NCBI GenBank assembly: GCA_020184695.1
Contig: JAANOX010000241.1
Span: 372,001 to 436,000 of the forward strand
Reading direction: 5' to 3'
Source: Histomonas meleagridis 2922-C6/04-290x
Taxonomy: Eukaryota > Protista > Parabasalia
DNA: 64,000 nt
The notes beneath the pieces are model-generated. The model made no database searches and was not told the DNA's origin. It saw only the letters and a program-made list of their open reading frames with translations. The position numbers and the translations under genes are program-made. Shown here piece after piece: positions 1 through 10,952 of this stretch; positions within the stretch are counted from its first letter, which is position 1; each line of letters starts with the position of its first letter.

Positions 1-442
1 CATTAATGACTTTCTGTATATTTCAAAATTTGTTTGAAATCAATCCAAAAATCTGTATATATCATAAATAAAACACAAACGTTGTAAAATTTAATCCCAT
101 TCACCGACAAAATATTTTCTCAAATATTTGAATTACATTCAAAAAGTGATTACAACAATGATATAAAATATTAAAATTAATTTATTGGATTATTAAAGAT
201 TTTAAAATTGTAGTAAATAAAAATATATCTATTAATATATGTAAATATTATAAATATATATGTATGATCCCTAAATTTTTATATGAATATTTTATTAGGG
301 ATTATAAAAATAAAACTAAATTACAATTTAACATAATTAACAATGTTTTTACATATATCATAATGAATAAAAAGTATTTCTAAATAAGTTTTTTTAGTAA
401 GAAATTGATTAGAAATACAAATTAATAAGAAAAAAAAAACAT

Positions 443-512
443 TCTCCAATATCGGGATTCGAACCAATGGCATTTAACGTGCAAAAAAGGATTATACTGC
501 CAAGCTATAAAT
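443..512 (-). pseudogene. tRNA-like relic (degenerate)
   Basis: The minus strand reads TAGCTTGGCAGTA...GGTTCGAATCCC, resembling A-box and B-box/T-loop at tRNA-like spacing. The stems pair poorly and no clean anticodon arm is visible. Confidence 0.25.
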
Positions 513-749
513 TTTATTCAACAAAAGGTTGAATATTAATATTTCTCTCTAACAGGTCCTCCTAAATTGAATAAAAAAATCAGCTTCCCGTCATTAACTG
601 TTATCAATAACAGTTTAAGTCAAATCGTATTACAGCTTGATCGGTTTCGACTGAAAAAATAAATTTTTTATATTCAAATTTTTCAAAAATTATCCGAATT
701 TTCACGACAATTTGATGTTCATTTTATTTGTTAACCTTTTTTGCAGCCA

Positions 750-1400
750 AGGTGGATTCAATCTTATAGCAGAAGCTAGATTGGGTTATGGGTCAGGCAA
801 AGGTGGTACACACCTGACATGTAATAACATGACGAATATTAATAATACGCATAAAAAAAACGCACAAAAATACAATACAAATGAGGTCAAATTCAAATTC
901 AACGATGGCACAAGTAAAAATTTATCATAGTCAGCTGCATTAAAAGTTATGATGAAAGGTGATCAAATAATCGAAAAATATGAAACAGAGGAATATGAAC
1001 CTGCTGGAATAGATCAAGACAAGAAAGAACGACTTATTTTCGTTGATATTATGTCAATCAATGATTTCGAAGGTAACATCTAATCTAATTCCGAATTTAT
1101 CTATGATTATGATGTTCTTATCTATGGTACATGTTTTACAGGATATTCAATCACAACTACTACAGCCACCGAACATATCGCTAAATATATAACTTCACAT
1201 GATTTTTATATGAATAGTCAAAAAACAGGGATATTCCCAATACGCAAACTATTTGGCATCTACTCATCACTAGTTGATCAAATCATATAATGGTGGACTC
1301 ATTAGCATAACACATTATTTATGGCACTTTCAAAGAGAAGGACTATTAACAAACTATCTGACAAAGCGGATTTGAAGTACACTCTTCCCTGAAACCCTAA
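750..1400 (+). pseudogene. Decayed coding fragment of an unassigned protein family
   Basis: Protein-like stretches (EEYEPAGIDQDKKERLIFVDIMSINDFEGNI*, FIYDYDVLIYGTCFTG, GGLISITHYLWHFQREGLLTNY) are interrupted by stops and frameshifts. Boundaries are approximate. Confidence 0.3.
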
Positions 1401-1511
1401 TGTGGAAGAAGTTCTTCTCAAATGATTTGAAAAATACATAGATTTTATTTTTCATTTTTTATTTTTACATTTAGTTTTAGATATGCTATTTGTTTAAAAA
1501 AAACTGCAAAT

Positions 1512-3466
1512 CTAAACTTCAGATGATTGTTCACTACTCTCAATAATCTTTTTATGGGCATTATTCTTCTTTCTTCGAACAACAAGAACAATAACAACAG
1601 CAACAACAACAATTACGACAATAGCAACAGGAACAGCTATAGCCACTGCTGTATTGGTGTTACCTTTGGAATCATTTCCATTTGATTTCATTTCTTCATT
1701 TTTCGCAATGCTTCTTGTAATATTTGATTAAATTCTTGTTCTGTTTGGGCATTGTTTAATTTATCAATATATTCTTGTTGTAATTCGCCTAAATTTTCCA
1801 ACTTTCCAATATCTTGTTTTACTGATTCTTTTTTATTTGATTTTATTTCTTCATTTTGTGATTGCGCTTTTGCAACAATTTCATTTAATTCTTCTTGTGA
1901 GTTTGCATTTGAAATTTGTGTAGTATAATTTACTTTATTTTCTTCTTCTAAAAACTTTAAATCATCAATTTTATTCTTTGCTAATGTTTTTTGTGTTTCT
2001 TCATTTTTATTTGATTCAGATTGTGCTTTTACAACAATTTCATTTAATTCTTCTTGTGAGTTTGCATTTGAAATTTGTGTAGTATAATTTGCTTTATTTT
2101 CTTCTTCTAAAAACTTTAAATCATCAATTTTATTCTTTGCTAATGTTTTTTGTGCTTCTTCATTTTTATTTGATTCAGATTGTGCTTTTACAACAATTTC
2201 ATTTAATTCTTCTTGTGAGTTTGCATTTGAAATTTGTGTAGTATATTTTGCTTTATTTTCTTCTTCTAAAAACTTTAAATCATCAATTTTATTCTTTGCA
2301 TCTTAAGATCAGTAATATCATCAAAGAAATTCTTCCAAGGAACAAGTGTTTCGTTTTCAAAATCACGCATTGGTCCATTTCCTTTAATAGTAAGAAGCCC
2401 TTTTTTCAATGTCCATTTAAGATTTGATCCAATTCTACCAGAATCTGTTGCTTCTATTTGATATAATAGTGGCTTATCTTTAGGTTCAGACCAAGTATAC
2501 ATTTTATACTTATAATCAACATCAGTAATTGGGTAACCCCAATCTAATTCACCATCAATATATTCATAATTAGTCTTATGATACTCTGCATTGATTCCCC
2601 TTAAGAACACTGCTTCAAGACTTGTAGTACTGTCGTATGCATACCAATCTTCGCCAAGATGAACCCAATTCCATGCATGTGCACTTGTCGTAACTCCTAG
2701 AACAGTAAAACCCTCAACACCTGCGCGATTGAAGAAGAGAGTTGATAGAGCAGAATAGCCTCGACATACAGTTCTATGTTGGAATAGGGCACTATATACT
2801 GAATTTCCGTATTGAGGAACCTGGCCATATACAACGTTGTCATTGATCCACCACCAAATAGCAACTAATTTTTCGTAATCTGTGTGTAGATCATTCTCAG
2901 GACCATATCCTGTAAAATTACCAGTTGCAAACATATTATCAGCTTCTTGCCGAGAACGACGTTCTTCATCTTGACTGGTCAAGAAATGTGATGTTAATTT
3001 AAGGTTAACTGTGATGTAAACCTTATAGAGGATTAAGACCATGATAATCATGGAGCCACTGAATAGAATTTGTCATCCCATTAATAGATGCATTTAAATA
3101 GCTAGCATATGGAATGTCAATTTGCCTTGCATATTTTATTACATCATAATATGCTTTGTGCTGAAAATTTTTCCCAGGCATCTCCGACTCCCCAGAAATC
3201 CACATCCAGAGGAAGACCTGTTATTTTTATGATGTTCTTCACGAGTCATAACGAGAGAAATTGGTACGGTAAATCTCCATGAAAACGTGGCTCTTATGAG
3301 TTGTTGTAGAACTTCATCATATTTATCATTTGTATAGTTTAGAATGACAAAATCTTCTTTTTTCGCTGCCTAAGATGTCTGTTGACCATAAATATTCAGT
3401 TGTATAATTAAGATTTATAACAGCATTAGCATGTGTTGGTAAAATTATAGATGCGAATATTATCAT
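1512..3466 (-). pseudogene. Surface protein pseudogene: signal-like N-terminus, transglutaminase-like (TGc) domain, start of a BspA-type region, GA-like modules, TM helix and basic tail
   Basis: TGc triad motifs are present (TVCRGYS; HAWNWV; YAYDSTT). WTLKKGLLTIKGNGPM resembles a BspA N-terminal motif. 53-aa repeats follow, then TM AVAIAVPVAIVVIVVVAVVIVLVV-RRKK and TAG at 1512-1514. Frameshifts lie near 3370, 3230, 3150, 3040, 2300 and 1710. Confidence 0.75.
1873..2299 (-). repeat. Tandem 159-bp coding repeat (about 2.7 copies, 53 aa, GA-module-like)
   Basis: Units start at 1873, 2032 and 2191 and differ by only a few substitutions. Translation: AKNKIDDLKFLEEENKANYTTQISNANSQEELNEIVVKAQSESNKNEEAQKTL. 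Confidence 0.95.
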
Positions 3467-4546
3467 TAGAATCTTTGTAATCATAGTAATACAGCAAATA
3501 TCAGAATGATATAAATTTGTACGCTATTGATTGAATTGTTGTATAAACATTGATTTCAAATTCTGAGATATGGTTTGAATGAAATCGCTGAGGTTTTTGT
3601 AATAATTTTGTTATTCAACAGTTGCTGGAACCAGAGTATTCAAAAAGTCGTTTCATCGAAGAGATTTTTCATATGCGAGGTTTTTATATCATCTTATATA
3701 ACATATTCTATGATATCATTCAAAAGTGGATTCAAGTGAATTCAGTACGGATTTACACTTTATAGTGTAAATAGTCCGATCAGATATATATTGAAAATAT
3801 TCGAACATACAATAAAAATATCTCGAAAATATCAGAATATTTTTTAATATAACTCAATAGAAATGTCAAAATAATATTATAAATTTTAAATATATAAAAA
3901 AATCAAAATTTATTTTTCATTGTATGATCTGATCATGCGATTTGTGATTCTTAATAAGTCATGTATTTTGTTCAGAGGATGGCCAATGCATTCAGATTTG
4001 TCCTTTTTTCATCATGATAACATTCATTTAATTGTGTTTAATATGAAGAATTGCATTTTAGAAGTATGAAGCTTCATTGTTACAATACTTTACGATGCGT
4101 ATAATATTCAATTTTTTGTTATTGTTGGAAGCATAATTGCTTCTTCTTTATCAGCATAATTTTATAGTTAATTTTATTAGAAAATTTATGTTTTTTTTTG
4201 CTCTAAATGAAAGTTATATCAAATATATATATCCTACATTGAATCAATCAATAATTTTCAAGTTATTTATATTTTATATTTTGAATCAAATTTTTATGAT
4301 TTGAATGTAGAAAAATAGAATAACCGTTTCTATTAATACTATTATAACTCGAGTTTAATACTTGCGATTTTCACCCATCGTATATAGCGATCATCCTACG
4401 ATCTTGATATCATGAATATATAATATATATACATAGTTACATCTATGATTAATAAAAAAAACTAAGAATTATATCTTGATTAGCACAATAAATTTATTTT
4501 TTCATTCCAAAAAGTGACAAAAATCGACTTTTGCATGGTTTATATC

Positions 4547-4576
4547 AAACGATAAGGGCAACGATAAGTGACGATA
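4547..4576 (+). promoter_or_regulatory. Triple ACGATA cluster resembling Trichomonas Myb recognition elements
   Basis: AAACGATA, CAACGATA and GACGATA occur within 30 bp; no adjacent intact gene. Confidence 0.25.
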
Positions 4577-5767
4577 GGAGCGAATTTGAATGATGGTAAT
4601 TATTATCAAAATTTTACCCTATATTCGAAAAGATACGTTGTTTGTTTCTATCATTGTAATTTGTCAACAGCCAAATTAAATGATCCTTGGTTCGTTAAGA
4701 AATAAAAATATCAAAATTTTATCATAGAATCGTGATTTGTTATCTATTCCAAATAATTATATGAAATCTTGATATTCTTGAATTTATGTATTCAATGAAA
4801 ATATGAATGATATGATACTTTGCGTAACATCTTGATGATGTACTTATTTAACCTATTTAATAATTTATAAACAATGGAATAGTTTCTGTGTTAGTACATA
4901 TTTACGAAATATATTCGTACGAACGATACATTTTTTTCTGATGTAAACGATTCTTGATCATTGAATTTATTTGATGTATTTTATTTTTTTTTTCAAATTT
5001 GTGTTTTAGCGTAATGCTCAATTTCATCGAGTGAATATCTATACAAATTTAATTTGCGTATTATCTTCAAAATATTGACTTGAGATACATTTATCATTCC
5101 TTTTATCTCATAATATATATGTGCTTTTAAATTTTAGATATATTACATTTTTCAACTTATTTGACATTCTATGTAATGATGTTAATATCTCTATTTCTCC
5201 GAATTTGCTTCAATACCACCGTTTTTTGAGCTAACTTTATAAACCTTATTTTATGCTATTCATTTCAAATTTTGTAAAATTAATTTTTTTTTAATTCATG
5301 TCTTTAATTCAGATTTCAAATATATTAGAATCGGTAATTTATATATGGCAACAGGAATTATTTGTAGTTCATGTATAATGATCAATTTTACATATTCTCC
5401 TAGAATAAATCAATATCCCCTCATGGATGATTTCGTAATCGGAAACGATATAAGATAATTGTGTGATTTTTATTCGTCCTACTATTCAAATTTGACTATA
5501 AACCCCTTGGTTCTTAAAGTATATGAATTAATTGAAGATGAATTTTCTTTTTTTAACCTGGGAATCGATTTTTGTATTCGGCAAAAATCAAATTTAAAAT
5601 AAGATATATTATTAGCTTTGCTTATAATCTATTTTAATTAATTATTTATTCAATTATACCAAGTTTTTTATAAATAGCTTTCATATATGTATTTTTTTAT
5701 TATCTTTTCATTTCTCCTTGAATTATTATAAACAACCTCAAGTACTATTGTACCTCGGGGATACTTG

Positions 5768-6068
5768 TATATTATTAAAATTTAAAAAAAGTTTGCACTA
5801 ACTATATTAGAAAAATTAAAATTTCTTGAAATTAAAAACATTCGGTTCGCACTGGATTTAGTGAAGATTATTAAGATTCCGAAGGAAAATATCAATCATT
5901 TAATAAAATTTCTTATGAAATTTAAAATTATTTCTTTCTAAAAAGTGGCACTTCAAGGAAACTTGAAGAGTAGTATCTATATATTATTAAAATTTAAAAA
6001 AAAGTTTGCACCAACTATATTAGAAAAATTAAAATTTCTTGAAATTAAAAACATTCGGTTGGCACTGG
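5768..6068 (+). repeat. Direct repeat of about 88 bp (5768-5855 and 5980-6068)
   Basis: Both copies read TATATTATTAAAATTTAAAAAAA(A)GTTTGCAC(T/C)AACTATATTAGAAAAATTAAAATTTCTTGAAATTAAAAACATTCGGTT(C/G)GCACTGG. Confidence 0.9.
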
Positions 6069-6139
6069 GTTGTTAAGATTTACTTATAAAATTTCAGGAC
6101 GCTTGCGGTCGGAAATTTTATAAGTAAATCTTAACAACC
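6068..6139. repeat. Perfect 28-bp inverted repeat with a 16-nt GC-rich loop
   Basis: GGTTGTTAAGATTTACTTATAAAATTTC (6068-6095) is the exact reverse complement of 6112-6139. The loop is AGGACGCTTGCGGTCG. Confidence 0.95.
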
Positions 6140-6733
6140 AGCTCACCTCATGTTTTTTTTTTATTTGTTATTTTAATTACAAAGTTTTCTTTTTTCCTTT
6201 CTTTTTCATTTCTCTTTTCTTCTCCCTTCTCCATTTTTAATTTTTCCCTCTTTTTTTAGTGATTGTTTCTTTCTAATTTTTTATTTTAGAATAATAAAGG
6301 AAACAAAATGTTGTAATATTAAATACTTTTTATATTAGAGTATTACTTTACTATAAATATCCGTATTTATAAAAAAAAAATAAATTTTATAATCCGAATA
6401 TATACTCTATATTTTATATGAATATCTGATAACAAAATACATTTATGAATATATAATTCGTTTTGAAATGTGATTTTCTTCAATGGCTCTATTTAAAACA
6501 TAAATTGATATATTAATTTTGTTTTTATTCTTCAACAATTATTAGACTTGGTACAATTGTCACTTTTCTTGTTAATAATATTATTAAAACACTTATTATT
6601 TTTCATTAATATTCATAAAATTTTATTGAATTAATTCAAATCTTCATAATGATAGAAAACATAATGAAAAACATTTTCTAAAAAATTATTAAAAACATTT
6701 TTATTCTAATCTGATATCTTCTATTTTTTATTA

Positions 6734-7626
6734 TTATTGTACCGATAACAACTTCTGTTTTATATGATATTTGCTTGTGTTATTTGACATAGATGAGGCA
6801 ACATAGAAATAGGTTTGCGGTGAATTATCCATATTGAAATTCTTTATCTCTGAAAACGGATCTTTCGAAATCAAAAACAATTTCGAGTATCGAAACAAAT
6901 GATTCGGATGTGGCGCGACTCTAAAGTTTTCGAAGTCAGTTCTGTGTAAATGCATTGCCATGTCGGATCGCATTGCGGGATATTCTTCTTGAACGCGTTC
7001 CAAAAACATTTTAAAACAATAATGAATTAATTCCGATATAACGCATTAGAATGAATATAATATGAAGTTCTCTCAAAATGATCATTTAATTTGTCAAAGG
7101 TCATGGAGCCAATGATCCAAAAGTATTCAGTTTTGGTTAATTTGTAAATGCGTTGAATCCATTCATTTCGTATTGGTATTTCATTAGGACGCATTAATAA
7201 CATATGTGTGTAATCAAGAACACCAGGATGAAGGGTGCGGTAAAAAAGATCTGTAAGAGTTGAGCTAGAGGTGAAATTGAAATCTTGAATATTTTTGAAA
7301 AATACATTGTTAAAACATGGTAATATATTAGTGGCATTCGCTGATGACGTTGTGTTTTGAAGAGAATTCATTATTTGAGGAATGCATTCAGTGATGTTGA
7401 AATCATCAATTAAAACAAACATGAGATCAGCTCGTTTATTGGGATTGCTTGGATTACAAGGAGAAAATTGAGGCAGTTGCCAAAGTTTTAGCTTCTTGAT
7501 AACATAAAAAATCTTATGTCCCGTTAATAGCCATAATTGCAAAAATATAGACACAAGTAGGATTGTAAAGATACTTAATCTTAGGTAGCGCAATTTTGTG
7601 CTAAAAAAATAATGCATGAAAAGCAA
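6734..7626 (-). pseudogene. Type II membrane, putative glycosyltransferase-like protein split by a frameshift near 7030
   Basis: ORF 7027-7626 has an N-terminal TM and the motifs YTHMLLMRPNEIPIRNEW, FWIIGS and YIHSNALY. It continues in a shifted frame (ELIHYCFK-MFLERVQEEYP) into ORF 6734-7009. Confidence 0.55.
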
Positions 7627-8670
7627 TCCTACAGTGCTCCTATTAACGGACGGATGATAATACGATCAAAATCAATTGATTTATCTCCTATCGGAGTCCA
7701 TTTTATAAGTTCGCGTTATCACATTGAACGCGACTTTAGTACAATAAATTACAACTTCATATGGTTCGAATATCATCAAGTCCGATTTGGTTTATTGGGC
7801 TTTTTTTGACAGATTTTACATCAATTATTTCAACACCAGTTGATGGTTAGAATGATGTTTTGACTTTTATCAAAGTTACATCAATTGTCCATGTAATTTT
7901 CGTTGCAGTATTTATCATTAACTTAGTATATCAACATTTTACCAATATTCCGGAAAAAAAGCCAACTTCCAAAATGATTATTGGCAGCCTCTTTGATCTA
8001 AGTATTCATTTAGATGTTGCTGCTTTAGTTTTTACAGTTCATTTTCAATCTACACCATATATGAGCTAATAGCTATATCAGTTACACGATACTTGATGCT
8101 ATTCTCACTTTTATTCTCACACCCTTTAAAGTTTGGCGAGGTCTCGTTGACATTTTTGGTGTTTTGCCAACAGTTGTTCTTGCACATATATCCATATACA
8201 AAAAGATCTCTTATGTTGTAGTTTTCCTTCCCATAACGATAATTGGTGTTACTCCATTAATATTCTCTATTATTGTTAACATTCCGAAAAGATGCCTCGA
8301 GGCAATTTTTAGAAAAATAATTTGTCTAATTGATCCATCACTTTTGCCCAATTTGATGACAATTCCATTTGAGCGTGCTCAAATCCAAGAAGATCATCAT
8401 AATAACATAGGCGCTGAACAACCGCCGACAATACACGAAAAGGCAACTTCCGGACTTCGACTATAAATCATTTCCATTTTTCATTCACTTCGGATGCTTC
8501 TGCCAAGGAATGCACACGAATTTGGTCGTGGTAATGTGTCATTACTTTTTGATGCTGGCTTCGATTTTGGTAAATTCGAGAGTTGTGTCGTTCCCTGCAA
8601 TTGTATTGACAAATGTCCAAGATAAATCAGTGCAGTTCAATAGTGTTTGGCCTGAATTAAGTTTTGTCTA
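7612..8670 (+). pseudogene. Fragmented multi-pass membrane protein
   Basis: Consecutive hydrophobic same-strand ORF pieces (7612-7809, 7860-8069, 8164-8466); no family recognised. Confidence 0.35.
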
Positions 8671-9013
8671 AATTCACGAATAAGCAATAAAAAATATTTT
8701 TTTTTTTCTTTATTTTATTAATCAAATAAATAAATTCTAATTTTATTTGCTAAACCTCATTAGAAAATAAATAAGATACATGTTGTTTTCTTTGGAATGA
8801 TCAACAAATAGCAAGCCAGAAGAATTCTTGCTGTTCTTGTAATGTAAAAGTTGTGTTGAATATGCTTTACTTCTCCCTACATTAAATGATTTTGGTCTAG
8901 AAGATCTTGATGATAATTTCTATAGAACGATAACTATTTTTCTGCTAAAAACGATTTTTTGATTATTGAATTTTTTATCGCTATCTCAACAACAAAACGA
9001 CAAAATGAAATTT

Positions 9014-9570
9014 TTAATATAAAAATGGAAGAATTTTATACCTTCCAAGTGATTCAAATTCTTTCCCAAACTTATCTCTTCAGTTGTGTAGTGTGGTGAT
9101 GTTATTTTCGCAAAAAGAATATTATTAGGAATTGAATATTTTTTGAGATTTGACAAAATTACATGTGTACGAAACTGAATAAAGTTGAGAATCACCGATA
9201 TGATAAGCAATGGAACTTTGAATGTGTTTTGTGCATCACAATAAGATAATGTAATTGGTGTAATAATGTAAAAGCAAAGACCTGCAAGTAGATTGATAAC
9301 ATGCATTCTCCTGTTTGAGAATTTTGTGATAAATAAACTTTCCAATAATCTTCTAGATGAATGGATTAATAGCAAATAATTTGGATATTGTGGTGGATAT
9401 CGAACAAGAAAAGAAACAAAAAACATGATACAAAGAAAAGCTGTAAAAAGAAATCCAAGCATCAAAATGGCCAAAAATCTCAAATAACCACATACTTGCC
9501 ACCAAGAGATTAAACCAACATTGAGCATTAGCAAAAGAAATTTATAAAAGTGAAACACCATTTTACTCAT
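9014..9570 (-). pseudogene. DFG10: Polyprenol reductase / steroid 5-alpha-reductase family gene with an out-of-frame internal deletion
   Basis: Family motifs HSSRRLLESLFITKFS, MHVINLLAGLCFY, QFRTHVILSNL and SPHY are present. The family C-terminus DKFGKEFESLGRYKILPFLY* follows immediately in another frame, and the intervening TM segments are missing. Confidence 0.75.
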
Positions 9571-10952
9571 AATATATTTAGATTTAACATTATGCTTATA
9601 TTAACTTAAAAAACGTGATTACATCAAATTTGATAAGTGTGCCTTTATTTTTTTACTATAATATTTGATTGTTGAATTTAAACTTGAATCTGAAAGATTT
9701 GAAAATTGTTTCATCATTTTAGTGAAGTGTAGATTCCTAGGCTGTGTGTAAGGATGATATTCGTACATTAATAATATTATTTAATGAAATGTTTCATTTT
9801 TAATTGAACAACTTGAATTGCATTATGAGAATATATTAAAATAACAGATATACATGCAAAAAATTTGTTCAGAGGTCAGACCAAATATTAATCTTATGTT
9901 AACGAACATGTTAATATTAGTTTCAAAAACACGAACATAATTTGAAAACATAATTGGATGAAAAAAGAAAGTTCGTATGATCGGTTTCGTTTGAATTTAT
10001 TTATAAAAAGTTTAACTCTGATTTCACACAAATATTTTAGTATAAAAACATAAGAGGAAAAAAATGAATTTTTTTAACCACCAAGGAAAAATTATAAAAA
10101 ATAAAACAATTTTCACATTAATTCATATATGATATTTAAACGTAATGACATCGATTTTTTAAGATATTTAATGTTGGTTAAATTTCATTAAATATTTTGA
10201 TATATCTATGATTTTTATTCAGTATTTTCTAATTTTTTGGTTATTTCGATACGCACTTAAAAAAATGTATTTATATTTTAAAATTAATAAAATTCATATT
10301 TATTCTTTAATTTAATACGATGTACATTAGTTTTATAACTATAAATGAATTTTTTTTATTAGACGATTTTAGTGATTATGGTGTAAAATTAATAAAATAT
10401 CCGCTCTTTTTTGCGTTGTATAATATTATGAAGAATTTCATATATACCATATATTAGTTCTTTATATGAGGATATGTAAAAATTTTTACAATTTTTTTAA
10501 ATCACTATGTATAATGAGATAGACTCTAAATAAAAAATTCCCGTGCAATAAACTTCAGAAAATTGATAACCCTTTAACGTACAGGAATTTTACAATTGTA
10601 ATAATCGGACGCGACCCTTAATACGTACATGTATTAAATTTAGCAAATATATTGGATCTGGGATTGTATAAATAAGGTTTCCTTAAGTCACATTAAAGAT
10701 GGCTATTTCTAATATTAAAAAAGAAATTTCATGAAATCAATTTGTTAAGATTCTGATTTTTTTTTATTTTTTTCGAAGAACATTAAATTGAGTTGCATAA
10801 GTATTATTATGCATTGCTCTATGTAAAAAAAATGTGAAAAAGGGACAGTTCATTTGATTGAATGCTTGAAATTTGAATAGCTGCAACTGTGAAAAAACCG
10901 TCAGATTCTTTCTGCAAAATAAACTATTAAAAAAGTTACAACACAATGAAAG

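Noticed and set aside
596-615. 8-bp hairpin AACTGTTA-TCAA-TAACAGTT, and a similar one at about 10619-10638
   Set aside because: Short AT-rich inverted repeats are expected by chance at this base composition.
1512-3466. Bacterial (Mycoplasma) contaminant contig as the source of the TGc/GA gene
   Set aside because: Trp is encoded by TGG, the TM and tail are parabasalid-like, and the gene is contiguous with clearly eukaryotic genes.
3500-5700. Long AT-rich tract examined for Maverick/Polinton or viral genes
   Set aside because: No ORFs, TIRs or recognisable motifs on either strand.
6990-7040. Spliceosomal intron as the explanation for split ORFs (also at 9070, 30450 and 38970)
   Set aside because: No GT...ACTAACACACAG-type parabasalid intron signature was seen; indels or deletions explain the junctions.
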